Source of the DNA: a virus
Reading direction: 5' to 3' (one strand)
Virus record (IMG/VR): IMGVR_UViG_3300033181_000085
Span: 9,669-73,668 of that record
DNA: 64,000 bases
In this document: positions 35,369 through 45,056 of the stretch, in pieces
Position numbering within the stretch: position 1 is the first letter of the stretch
Layout of the letters: every line of letters begins with the position of its first letter
Notes under the pieces: model-generated
Database searches by the model: none
What the model was told of the DNA's origin: nothing
Seen by the model: only the letters and a program-made list of their open reading frames with translations
Position numbers and translations under genes: made by a program

Positions 35369-37719
35369 ACATGGAAAAAGCAATACGCAACACCCTGCGC
35401 AACGTCGTGACTGAGTGTCGCCGGGAGTTGGAGAAGGCGATTGGGGAACTGCTTCAAGGACAGTTTGGTATCCACATTGATGGCACGCTTGAACCTGTCG
35501 AGAAGCTGACACACCTCTCCCATGCTGATCAGGATTATCGCGCGCAGGTGGTAGCCTCGCTGGAGCATATCAAGGCAGTTGGGTTTACACCTGCTAGCGC
35601 CGTCGGCCAACTGATCCGCGAGGTGGCCTTTACCCATCTTAATCGCTTCTGCGCCTATAAGCTGCTGGAGAAGCGCCGCTTGATTCGAGAGACGATCAGC
35701 CGGGGGCTGAATTCCAACGGCTTCAAGTTCTATCTGGCCGACAACTCTGCGGATGAGGCGCTTTGGTCCGGCGGCAAGCAAGACCTGGCTTACCGGCATT
35801 TTCTGGAGTGGACAGGCGCAACACTTTCGGAGGAGATCGGCATCCTCTTCTCGCCCAACGACCCGGCCAACCGCCTCTTCCCGCCGCAGCGCGTGGTAGA
35901 GAAGGTGCTGGGGCTGATCAATAGCGCCGAACTGGCGGAAGTCTGGGATGAAGATGAGACGATTGGTTGGATTTATCAGTACTTCACGCCCAAAGAACTG
36001 CGCGATCAGGCGCGCAAAGAGAGTCAGGCCCCGCGCAACAGCTATGAACTGGCTTTCCGCAACCAGTTCTATACACCGCGCTATGTCGTCGAGTTCCTGA
36101 CTGATAACACGCTGGGCCGCCTGTGGTACGAGATGCGCCAAGGGCAGACGACACTGGCCGAACGCTGCCGCTATCTGGTCCGGCGCAAGCATCCCATCTG
36201 GCTCACTCCTGGCGAAGTGCCGCCGGAGCTATACCCTGGAGAGGGAGGGAGATCATTCTCTGATCAGGATGAAGCGATCTGGACCCGGCCCAATCCCACG
36301 ATTGAAACGTGGATGCAGATAGCCCACTATGCGCTGACGATAGACGGCTATAGCTATGCCCAGAAGCACTTTTCCTCGCCAGAGCAGGGAAAGCAAGACC
36401 CAACTGCTGTGGCGTTTGGACTAACTAACCTCAAGCAAGAGGAGTATCGTAAGACCGGCAAGTGGAATGGAACATTTGAGGAGCTGCGGGTCTGCCTATT
36501 TATCATACAGCGTGCCTGTCGCTGGAGCGATGAGGCGACGCCAGAGGGCGAGGATTGGGCGATGCTCCAGTCTCTCTATCGGGCGATCTGTGAGGCCTGG
36601 GAGCGCGAAGTCGAGGTGATTTTGCACCGCCTGAAGAAAGACCCACGCGAACTGCGCGTGCTGGATCCCGCCTGCGGCAGCGGCCATTTCCTTCTCTATT
36701 GCTTTGATCTGCTGCTGACCATCTATGAGGAAGCCTGGGAAGACCTTGACCTGGGGCCAGCGCTCCAACGGGAGTATCGCGGCGATCTGGCCGCCTATCG
36801 CGCCGCTGTGCCGGGGCTGATTTTGCGCCACAACCTACATGGGATTGATATTGACCTGCGCTCCACCCAGATCGCCGCGCTGGCCCTCTGGCTGCGCGCC
36901 CAGCGCGCCTATTTCGACCTGGGCCTGAAGGGCAACGAGCGCCCTCGCATCCGCCGCACTAATATTGTCTGCGCCGAGCCCATGCCAGGCGAATATGACC
37001 TGCTGAAAGACTTCGAGCGCACGCTGGACCCGCGCGCCTTGATTCCGTTGGTGGAGCAGGTTTGGGGGCAGATGAAGCTGGCCGCCGAGGCTGGCTCGCT
37101 GCTGCAAGTGGAGCGAGCCTTGCGCGATTCAATTCAGCAGGCCAAGCAGGGCTGGTTAGACACTAGGGGCGGCAATGAGCAACTGACGCTCTTCGAGCAG
37201 GGCAAGGCCCCAAAACAGCAGATGCTGAACTATGCTGGCGTCACGGATGTGGCGTTCTATGAGCAGGAGGCCGAGCCGCGTGCCTTGGAAGCCTTGCAGC
37301 GTTTTGCTGAGACGACGACAGGGCGCGATGGCTATACACGTCGCCTTTTTGCGGAGGATGCCACGCGCGGCTTCGCGCTGATCGAGGTGCTGGGCAAAGT
37401 GTATGATGTGGTGCTGTTGAATCCGCCTTTTGGCGAAGCCAGCAAGCCTTCAAAAGATTATCTTGAGAAGACCTACCGGCGCACCAAAAATAACCTCTAT
37501 GCCATGTTTATCGAGCGCGGTCTGGGGCTGCTGCACACAGGTGGCAGGCTCGGCGCGATCACCTCGCGCACTGGTTTCTTCCTCACCTCCTTTCAGAAAT
37601 GGCGCGAGGAGATTTTGCTTAAAGAAGCCCATCCAGTAGTCATGGCTGATTTTGGAGAAGGCGTACTGGATACAGCAACGGTGGAAACTGCTGCCTATGT
37701 GTTGGAGGTATGTCGATGA
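35365..37719 (+). CDS. pglX: BREX adenine methyltransferase PglX, catalytic part (likely ATG 35371)
   Basis: IGWIYQYF, QFYTPRYVVEFLTDNTLG, VLDPACGSGHFL (motif I), NPPF (motif IV). Confidence 0.93.
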   Translation: MNMEKAIRNTLRNVVTECRRELEKAIGELLQGQFGIHIDGTLEPVEKLTHLSHADQDYRAQVVASLEHIKAVGFTPASAVGQLIREVAFTHLNRFCAYKLLEKRRLIRETISRGLNSNGFKFYLADNSADEALWSGGKQDLAYRHFLEWTGATLSEEIGILFSPNDPANRLFPPQRVVEKVLGLINSAELAEVWDEDETIGWIYQYFTPKELRDQARKESQAPRNSYELAFRNQFYTPRYVVEFLTDNTLGRLWYEMRQGQTTLAERCRYLVRRKHPIWLTPGEVPPELYPGEGGRSFSDQDEAIWTRPNPTIETWMQIAHYALTIDGYSYAQKHFSSPEQGKQDPTAVAFGLTNLKQEEYRKTGKWNGTFEELRVCLFIIQRACRWSDEATPEGEDWAMLQSLYRAICEAWEREVEVILHRLKKDPRELRVLDPACGSGHFLLYCFDLLLTIYEEAWEDLDLGPALQREYRGDLAAYRAAVPGLILRHNLHGIDIDLRSTQIAALALWLRAQRAYFDLGLKGNERPRIRRTNIVCAEPMPGEYDLLKDFERTLDPRALIPLVEQVWGQMKLAAEAGSLLQVERALRDSIQQAKQGWLDTRGGNEQLTLFEQGKAPKQQMLNYAGVTDVAFYEQEAEPRALEALQRFAETTTGRDGYTRRLFAEDATRGFALIEVLGKVYDVVLLNPPFGEASKPSKDYLEKTYRRTKNNLYAMFIERGLGLLHTGGRLGAITSRTGFFLTSFQKWREEILLKEAHPVVMADFGEGVLDTATVETAAYVLEVCR

Positions 37720-39806
37720 ATGAGACCATCTTTCTGCGCCTGCTTGCACAAGATGAAAAAGGCCCTGCGCTAGTCGAGACTATCTCTGCATTACACCAAG
37801 GTAAGCACAATCAATTAATCTTCACTGTCGATCCCGATTCATTCGGACAAGTGCCTGGCACTCCTTTCGCCTATTGGGTCAGCGAAAAAATCAGGAGATT
37901 ATTCAAAGTAGTGCCGCCGTTTGAAAGCGAAGGTCGAGTGGTTCGTGCAGGATTACAGACAAGCGATGACACCCGTTTTGTACGTGCTTGGTGGGAGGTA
38001 TCTGCTGAGAGTTTAGCAAAGGGAACTTCTCAAATATCCCCTGAGGAGTTTCGCCAGCAAACTTATTCAGGCAAACGATGGGTGACTTTTGCCAAGGGAG
38101 GTGCTAATTCATCTTACTTTGCTGATATGCAAATGGTAGTAAATTGGGAACACGATGGAGAAGAAATGAAGGATTGGGCAGTTAATAATGCTGGTGACCC
38201 AAGAACTACTCATTGGTCGAGAAATATCCGTAGTACAGAATACTATTTCCGTCCCGGATTAAGCTGGCCACTTCGAACATATAAATTCTCCCCGTATATT
38301 GTTCCCAAAGGTTGTATTTTTAGTTTGAGCAGGTATCAAGCTTTCGCAGATGAAGATGATCTTGGGTGGTGCCTTGGATTGCTGAATGGAGCACCAGTAA
38401 ACCCGCTATTAAGGATGTGCTTAGAAGATTTTGAGCGCCCCAAATACGTGGTAGGGGTTGTTTCTATTTTACCTTTTCCTTTACCCTCTTTCAGCAATAG
38501 AGATAAGTTGGCATCTAATGCTCTTCAGTCTTTTAAGATCGTTAGGCAGTTATGGTCAGCAAGCGAAAATAGCCATTCTTTTAGCGTTCCAGCACTCTGC
38601 CAAATACCAGGAACAACCCTTGAGGAGCGTGCCGCCACCTGGCAAAACTATCTGAACGATGCTGAGCAAAAAATTAAAAAGTATCAGACAGAAACTGATG
38701 GTATAGTCGTTGCTTCCTACAGTATCGAAGAGGATGATCGCTTGGCTCTTGAAATGTCTCTGCCAAGCAGAGAAGATAGGTCAGAAACAAGCAATGAGCA
38801 GAGCGATGTACAAGAAGAGGTCGAGGAAACAGAGTTACTTATTACCGACCTGAGGGAACTGATTGTTGATCTTCTTTCCTACGCCATTGGCTGCGCTTTT
38901 GGCCGCTGGGATATACGCATCGGGCGTGATCGCAACCTTGTGCCGCCTCTGGCAGAGCCGTTTGCGCCGCTGCCAGTCTGCGCGCCGGGAGCGCTGGTCG
39001 GGCCGGATGGTCTGCCCGCCAGGCCGGGGCACATCGTCAGCGAGGCATGGCTATGCGCCCGGCCTGACGCCATCACCCTGCCGCCTGAGGGCAGCGTCCC
39101 CAGTCCCAGCATCCCTGATGAGGTCTATCCGCTCTCCATCGCCTGGGATGGCATCCTGGCCGATGACCCCGATCACGAGTCCGACATCTTGCGCCACGTG
39201 CGCGCCGCGCTGGACCTGCTCTGGGGCGAGCGCGCTGAGGCTATCGAAGCAGAGGCTTGCGGCATCCTAGGCGTGCGCAACCTGCGTGATTACGTCCGCA
39301 ATCCGCGCAGCTTCTTCGACTATCATATCGGGCGCTACTCCAAGAGCCGCCGCAAAGCGCCAATCTACTGGCTGCTGCAATCGCCGGGCAAGCGCTATAG
39401 CCTCTGGCTCTATTATCACTGGCTGGACCCGGACCTGCTCTTCAAGGCACTCACGCTCTATGTCCAGCCCAAAATCCGTCTAGAAGAAAGCCGCCTGCAC
39501 GAGATGCGCGCCGCCCCCCAGAGCGCAGGCGACACGGGCGCGGCGCGCCAGGCCGGGCAAGCCTTCGAGCGACAGGAGACGCTGCTGGCCGATCTGCGCG
39601 ACTTCCATGATCGCCTAGCGCGTGCCGCCAAGCTCTATCTCACTCCAGACCTCAATGATGGCGTACTGCTCAACATCGCACCGCTCTGGGAACTAGTCCC
39701 TTGGAAAGAAGCAAAAAGCGCCTGGGAGCAGTTGCTGGCGGGCAAATACGGCTGGTCCTCCATTGGCAAGCAGTTGCGCGAGAAAGGGATCGTAAAGGAA
39801 AAATAG
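37716..39806 (+). CDS. PglX C-terminal part (target-recognition region plus C-terminal domain) as a separate ORF
   Basis: SD GGAGGT plus ATGA overlap; GLQTSDDTRFVRAWWEV, KGG, YFRPGLSW; SRRKAPIYWLL, DLNDGVLLN. Confidence 0.85.
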   Translation: MNETIFLRLLAQDEKGPALVETISALHQGKHNQLIFTVDPDSFGQVPGTPFAYWVSEKIRRLFKVVPPFESEGRVVRAGLQTSDDTRFVRAWWEVSAESLAKGTSQISPEEFRQQTYSGKRWVTFAKGGANSSYFADMQMVVNWEHDGEEMKDWAVNNAGDPRTTHWSRNIRSTEYYFRPGLSWPLRTYKFSPYIVPKGCIFSLSRYQAFADEDDLGWCLGLLNGAPVNPLLRMCLEDFERPKYVVGVVSILPFPLPSFSNRDKLASNALQSFKIVRQLWSASENSHSFSVPALCQIPGTTLEERAATWQNYLNDAEQKIKKYQTETDGIVVASYSIEEDDRLALEMSLPSREDRSETSNEQSDVQEEVEETELLITDLRELIVDLLSYAIGCAFGRWDIRIGRDRNLVPPLAEPFAPLPVCAPGALVGPDGLPARPGHIVSEAWLCARPDAITLPPEGSVPSPSIPDEVYPLSIAWDGILADDPDHESDILRHVRAALDLLWGERAEAIEAEACGILGVRNLRDYVRNPRSFFDYHIGRYSKSRRKAPIYWLLQSPGKRYSLWLYYHWLDPDLLFKALTLYVQPKIRLEESRLHEMRAAPQSAGDTGAARQAGQAFERQETLLADLRDFHDRLARAAKLYLTPDLNDGVLLNIAPLWELVPWKEAKSAWEQLLAGKYGWSSIGKQLREKGIVKEK

Positions 39807-42422
39807 ATGGGCATCGTCAGCGATTATCTTCGAGATCTGATTGCCAGGCAGCTCAGCGAAAAGGGCATCATCGTTTGGTTTGACCCGGAGGGGCACTACC
39901 GAGAGTTTGCGCAGACGCTGGCAATGCCAAATACTACCATTGCGCGCTACGAGGGCAGCTTCTTTAGCTTGCGGTATCAGGTTGATGCCCTCATGGAGCA
40001 GGACGAGCCGCCACGCCTGGTCGTCTATATTCCGTTGGCCGAAGAAGATACCCAGCATGCGCTGATCGAGTTGAGTGGTGCCGGGGTAATCCTCAAGCCG
40101 GGGAACCCTGCGAGGCCCTGCAACACGCGCCTCTCGGTCGTAGCGAAAGGTGCCCTGCGTGATCGCCGCACCCCGAGAGAACTGGCAGAGCTTGAAAATC
40201 AGGTAGAGGAAGGTAAGCTTTCTCTAGCGGACCTTGACCGACTCGCCGATCAGGATGGTTTCGGAGTGCTCGCCATTCTCTTTGAAAAGACGGACCCGAC
40301 CTCTATAGCCTTGGCCCTGCTCGGCAGCACCCGCTCGGATGCTGAGATTCAGGCGAAGCAAGCAGGAGCCGAGATTGCTCGCCTGCTCACAGACACCTTT
40401 GGGCTTGATCTGCCACCCACCGAAACATTAGAGGAATGGCGTATCCGTCTGGCGCGTCATCTCCTTGGCACCGATTTGCTCGCCAATCTGCATGGCCCCA
40501 TTCCATCCCAGCTTGCCAGCATCAGCGTTGCTCCCAGTGGACGCATCCGCGCCGCTTGTCTTGATCTAGTGAGCACCTGGCGTCGCCTACGCGATCTGGA
40601 TGAGAGCTATGCCCGCGCTGCCAGCCGTATCGAGCAGGAACTACAACTGGGTAGCATCGAGTTTAAACTGGAACAGATTCGGGACTGCGAAACCTTTGCC
40701 GCCATTGAAGACGCTCTGCAGACAGCCGTTGAATCTGCCTTGCTCGCCAACCCCTCCGATGCGTTGCTTACGTTCGTTCAGCAGCGCAAGACCGGCTACT
40801 GGAGTCTGCATCAGCCGGAGATTGCGGCTCGATGGGAACTGGCACTGGTCGCAGCCCAACTGCTGCATGCTGCCAGGCGTATTGAAGCCGCCCTCAAGCC
40901 ATTTAGTCTTTCTGCGAGCGAGCTCTTCCGTGCCTATACGGAAGGAGAACATCCCTGGTGCGAACTGGATACCTTTCAGCGGCGCTTGGAGTATCGCTGC
41001 TGGGGCTTTGACTTTGATGACGCTTGGCATCGGACATTGCTTCATTTGACGAATCGTGCTCGTCAACGCTATATGGAGGTGGGTGGGCTGCTGGCAGAAC
41101 GGTTTGTCCGGGCTCTGGAGCAGGATCAATTTCGGCTGCCAGGCTTGCGTACCCAGCGTGAAACGTTCTCCAGTATGGTCGCGCCAGCGCTGCGCGAGGG
41201 GAAAACCGCCTATCTCCTGGTGGATGCACTCCGCTTTGAGTTGGCGCGTGAACTGGTATGTGACCTGGGCGATGACTATCAAGTGACGCTCTTAGCGGGA
41301 CTAGGCACGGTACCATCAATCACTGAGATCGGGATGGCTGCGCTCATGCCTGGTGCCGAGGGCGACGCGCAAGTGGTGCCCACCGGCCCGGGCAAAATCG
41401 GGCTGAAGGTTGGCGAAACGGTGCTCAAAGATCGTAAGAGCCGGCTCGAGTGGCTCAAACAGCATGCACCGCTGGCCTACAGGGGCGAGCAAGCCAGGGT
41501 CTTTGTGACCCGGCTGGAAGACTTTCCCTTCTCTACGAAAGGCATCAAGGCCGGGATTGAGACTGCCGATCTGTTGGTGATGACCTCTCAGGAACTGGAC
41601 GAACTCGGCGAAACCGATAACCTGATGCTGGTACGCACCATGATGGACGGCATTCTCGTCAATCTGCGTCGCGCCATTCGACGGCTCGCCGAACTGGGTT
41701 GCAAAACCATGATCGTTACCGCCGATCACGGCTTTCTTCTGGGCGATGAACTGGGCGAGGATATGAAGCTGGATGCACCAGGTGGAGAGACACTGGACCT
41801 GCATCGGCGCGTCTGGGTTGGGAAAGGCGGTGCCGCTGGCGGTACGTCCTTCCTGCGTGCGCCGCTGTCGGCTTTTGGGCTCAGCCATGACCCCACACTG
41901 GAGATCGCTGTGCCCTATGGCTTCGCGGGCTTCAAAGCCGCCGGAGGCTCCCTTGCCTACTTCCATGGAGGCTTAGCACCCCAGGAAATCGTCATTCCGA
42001 TGGTGGAGATCGTGCCAACTGCCGATCCTAGTCCATTAGCGAGCGGAGACATCGCTTGGTCGCTCACCCTTGGCTCTAAAAAGATCAGTACCCGCTTCTG
42101 TACGGTGCAGATCAACGGGCACAGCAACGGACTTTTCGCTGCTATGAGCGCTCTACCGCGTGTGCGTGTAGAAATCAAGGCAGGGAAAGATGTTCTCTCG
42201 ATGCCCATCGCTGCCTCGTATGGCTATAGTGAGGCCACTGGTGATGTCCAACTCGAGTTCACTGGCGAAGGGAGCCGTGACGTGGTTGCCAATACCGTGA
42301 CACTGATGATTACCCAGGAACCCAGCCAGCCAACCATACTGGTTTCGATTCATTTGCTCGATGCCGTGACCGGCCGGGAATTGGTTCGACTCGACAAAAT
42401 CGAGATGGCGATCACCATCTAA
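39807..42422 (+). CDS. pglZ: BREX PglZ alkaline-phosphatase-like protein
   Basis: AYLLVDALRFELA, PSITEIGMAAL, IVTADHG, YFHGGLAPQE. Confidence 0.93.
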   Translation: MGIVSDYLRDLIARQLSEKGIIVWFDPEGHYREFAQTLAMPNTTIARYEGSFFSLRYQVDALMEQDEPPRLVVYIPLAEEDTQHALIELSGAGVILKPGNPARPCNTRLSVVAKGALRDRRTPRELAELENQVEEGKLSLADLDRLADQDGFGVLAILFEKTDPTSIALALLGSTRSDAEIQAKQAGAEIARLLTDTFGLDLPPTETLEEWRIRLARHLLGTDLLANLHGPIPSQLASISVAPSGRIRAACLDLVSTWRRLRDLDESYARAASRIEQELQLGSIEFKLEQIRDCETFAAIEDALQTAVESALLANPSDALLTFVQQRKTGYWSLHQPEIAARWELALVAAQLLHAARRIEAALKPFSLSASELFRAYTEGEHPWCELDTFQRRLEYRCWGFDFDDAWHRTLLHLTNRARQRYMEVGGLLAERFVRALEQDQFRLPGLRTQRETFSSMVAPALREGKTAYLLVDALRFELARELVCDLGDDYQVTLLAGLGTVPSITEIGMAALMPGAEGDAQVVPTGPGKIGLKVGETVLKDRKSRLEWLKQHAPLAYRGEQARVFVTRLEDFPFSTKGIKAGIETADLLVMTSQELDELGETDNLMLVRTMMDGILVNLRRAIRRLAELGCKTMIVTADHGFLLGDELGEDMKLDAPGGETLDLHRRVWVGKGGAAGGTSFLRAPLSAFGLSHDPTLEIAVPYGFAGFKAAGGSLAYFHGGLAPQEIVIPMVEIVPTADPSPLASGDIAWSLTLGSKKISTRFCTVQINGHSNGLFAAMSALPRVRVEIKAGKDVLSMPIAASYGYSEATGDVQLEFTGEGSRDVVANTVTLMITQEPSQPTILVSIHLLDAVTGRELVRLDKIEMAITI

Positions 42423-42446
42423 CCGCAGGAAGAAGGGAGTACGATC

Positions 42447-44477
42447 ATGTCTGCGCTTGACCAGAAGGCCAACGAGGTGTTCGCCGGAAAAGTGGTGCGC
42501 AAAGACCTGGTACGCAAGGTCAAAGTAGGCGCCAATGTGCCAGTCTATGTGCTGGAGTATCTGTTGGGCAAATACTGTGCTACAGATGACCCGGCGGCTA
42601 TTCAGGCCGGCCTACGCCTGGTGCATTTTCAGCTCAGCGAGAACTTCATCCGCCCTGACGAAGCCAATAAAGCCATGTTTGAGGTAAAGGACAAAGGGCA
42701 CAAGACCTTGCTGGATAAGATTCGCGTCCGCTCCACCGAACGGGAGGATTGGGGCGAGATGGCAAACTTCGGCAACCGCTTCCTGCATGTGCCCGATCAC
42801 CTGCTGCGGCAGTTCCCACGTCTCTTAGAGGGTGGCATCTGGGCGCACATCAATCTGGAATACCGTATGGACGAGGATGAGGATACCCCCAAGAGTCATC
42901 CCTTCTATGTCACCGAAATCAAACCGATTCAGCTCGCCGGCTTTGACCTGGAGGATTACCTGAAAGGCCGCCAGCAGTTCAGTACCGAGGAGTGGATGGA
43001 CCTCCTGGTGCGTACCATTGGCCTGGAGCCAGCTGGAATGAGCCAGCGTCTCAAGCTGCAGCTCTTGGTGCGGCTGATTCCGATGGTGGAGCGCAACTAT
43101 AACCTGATCGAACTAGGGCCACGTGGCACTGGCAAGAGCTTTGTCTACCGCGAGACGACTCCCTATGCCATCTTGGTCTCCGGTGGCAAAACGACTGTTG
43201 CCAACCTCTTCTACAATATGGGCACGGCCAAGATGGGCTTGGTTGGCCTCTGGGATGTGGTAGCTTTTGATGAGGTGGCCGGCATTGAGTTCAGCGATAA
43301 GACCACTGTCCAGATCCTCAAGGACTATATGGAATCCGGTTCCTTCAGTCGCGGGCGGGAAGAAATCGCAGCAGAAGCCTCGATGGCCTACCTTGGCAAC
43401 ATCAACCAGCCTGTTGACGTGTTGGTGCGTACCTCGCACCTCTTTGCTCCGCTGCCTGATGCTATGCGTGATGACATGGCCTTTATAGATCGCCTGCACT
43501 ACTATCTGCCAGGTTGGGAAGTTCCCAAGATGTCTACCGACCTTCTGACCGAGGGCTACGGCTTTGTAGTAGACTATCTGGCCGAGGCGTTGCGAGAACT
43601 ACGCCGCCAGAATTTTACTGATATGATTGACGCCCACTTCTCGCTGGGTTCCCATCTCAACGCCCGTGATGCCAAAGCGGTGCGCAAGACTGTTTCTGGC
43701 TTGGTCAAACTCCTCCATCCCAATCGGGAGGTGACGGTAGAGGAGTTGCGCAGCTATCTGGAACTTGCATTGGAAGGACGCCGCCGTGTCAAGGAGCAAC
43801 TCAAAAAGCTAGGCTCTTTCGAGTATTACCAAACCAGCTTCTCTTACCTGGAGAACGAGAGCATGCAGGAACATTTCGTTGGGGTACCAGAGGGTGGTGG
43901 ACGTGGTCTGATCTCCTCTGATCCGCTCCCGCCGGGAAGTGTGTATGCTGTTACCCTCACCGACGAAGACAAAGTGGTCCTGCACCGGATGGAGGTGGGC
44001 AAGATTGAGGGCGGCTCTGGCAAGCTTCGTATCGCTGGCACTATCGATAGTGCCACCAAAGCTTCATTGACTACAGCTTTTGATTACCTGCGTGTCCGCC
44101 GACGCGAGTTAGGGATAGACCGCGAATTGGATACCTATGATTACCACGTCCAGGCGGTGGATCTGAGTGGTTCGGGCGAGCGTGTTCGGGCCGGGATAGC
44201 CTTCTTCATCGCAGTGTACTCTGCAATCAAAGAGCGGGGTGTCCGACCAGCGCTGGTCGTGCTGGGTGACCTGACCATCCAGGGTAATGTGCTGGCTGCT
44301 CGTTCACTCGTTGAGCCACTCCAGGTAGCGATGGATAATGGGGCCAAACGGGCACTCATCCCTGTCGAGAACAGGCGTTCCTTCCTGGAAGTGGCGGCGG
44401 ATATTGTCGAGAAGGTCGATCCCATCTTTTATGGGGAACCCTTAGCTGCTGCAGTGAAGGCACTCGGGGCAGAATAA
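42447..44477 (+). CDS. brxL: BREX BrxL (AAA+ plus Lon-like C-terminal domain)
   Basis: ANVPVYVLEYLLGKYC, ELGPRGTGKS Walker A, FDEVAG, YLPGWEVPK. Confidence 0.95.
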   Translation: MSALDQKANEVFAGKVVRKDLVRKVKVGANVPVYVLEYLLGKYCATDDPAAIQAGLRLVHFQLSENFIRPDEANKAMFEVKDKGHKTLLDKIRVRSTEREDWGEMANFGNRFLHVPDHLLRQFPRLLEGGIWAHINLEYRMDEDEDTPKSHPFYVTEIKPIQLAGFDLEDYLKGRQQFSTEEWMDLLVRTIGLEPAGMSQRLKLQLLVRLIPMVERNYNLIELGPRGTGKSFVYRETTPYAILVSGGKTTVANLFYNMGTAKMGLVGLWDVVAFDEVAGIEFSDKTTVQILKDYMESGSFSRGREEIAAEASMAYLGNINQPVDVLVRTSHLFAPLPDAMRDDMAFIDRLHYYLPGWEVPKMSTDLLTEGYGFVVDYLAEALRELRRQNFTDMIDAHFSLGSHLNARDAKAVRKTVSGLVKLLHPNREVTVEELRSYLELALEGRRRVKEQLKKLGSFEYYQTSFSYLENESMQEHFVGVPEGGGRGLISSDPLPPGSVYAVTLTDEDKVVLHRMEVGKIEGGSGKLRIAGTIDSATKASLTTAFDYLRVRRRELGIDRELDTYDYHVQAVDLSGSGERVRAGIAFFIAVYSAIKERGVRPALVVLGDLTIQGNVLAARSLVEPLQVAMDNGAKRALIPVENRRSFLEVAADIVEKVDPIFYGEPLAAAVKALGAE

Positions 44478-44778
44478 GTTCTACTCCATAGGCGTCTAGC
44501 GTCAACGAGACAGGCTCACTTCTTTTAGGTATGAGCCCCACGTTAATATCTATATTGCCAATGATAACTGGGAACACTGGAGAAATCTGCCCAATACGTT
44601 GGCTTATGTAAACAGTAGGTTGCACTACGATGTCGGTGCGGCCATTAAAGCTACAAGGAACGCAGCAAATAGTGATAAGGACGTCTTAGCGTTGTCGAGT
44701 TCTACTGTTCCAACGGCTGGGTTCTGTAAGCACAGATTTCAACCCGGATTTTGCAAACAAGGCTGCCATAAAAGATAG
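44478..44778 (+). pseudogene. Headless 3' remnant of a phage gene right after brxL (…FCKHRFQPGFCKQGCHKR*)
   Basis: 93 open codons between an in-frame TAG (44497-44499) and the stop at 44776-44778; no start or SD. Confidence 0.5.
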
Positions 44779-44839
44779 CAGAGCCGCGAAAAGCTCTTAT
44801 CGCACGGCTCCCAGGAGAATGCGTAAAGCTGGTTTGGCC

Positions 44840-45031
44840 CTAGCTCTTTTTAGAGCGCATCGCCTTTTCTTTATACAAACGATACAGTGCGGCTTCCCGT
44901 TCACTACGAATGAGAAGCCGTTTAATACGTGGCCCGAAATGCTTACCTATCCATTCCAAGACATTATACGTCGGGAATACGAACGCTGTCAGAAATATGA
45001 GCGCATCGTGAAATGATATATGGAGATGCAT
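44840..45031 (-). CDS. Small holin-like membrane protein
   Basis: One TM plus basic tail, end of lysis module. Confidence 0.5.
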   Translation of the reverse strand: MHLHISFHDALIFLTAFVFPTYNVLEWIGKHFGPRIKRLLIRSEREAALYRLYKEKAMRSKKS

Positions 45032-45056
45032 CGCGGTGTTTGTTTTTAGGATGAAC

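Noticed and set aside
37710-37719. PglX split as a sequencing frameshift
   Set aside because: An optimally spaced GGAGGT SD and an ATGA overlap indicate an evolved split.
31691-44425. Long antisense and alternate-frame ORFs within BREX (e.g. 32696-33664, 35308-36192)
   Set aside because: Shadow ORFs expected in GC-rich coding DNA; no recognisable motifs or SD.
43900-44477. Calling BrxL an active Lon protease
   Set aside because: The canonical Lon GPSAG catalytic motif is not evident, so proteolytic activity cannot be supported.
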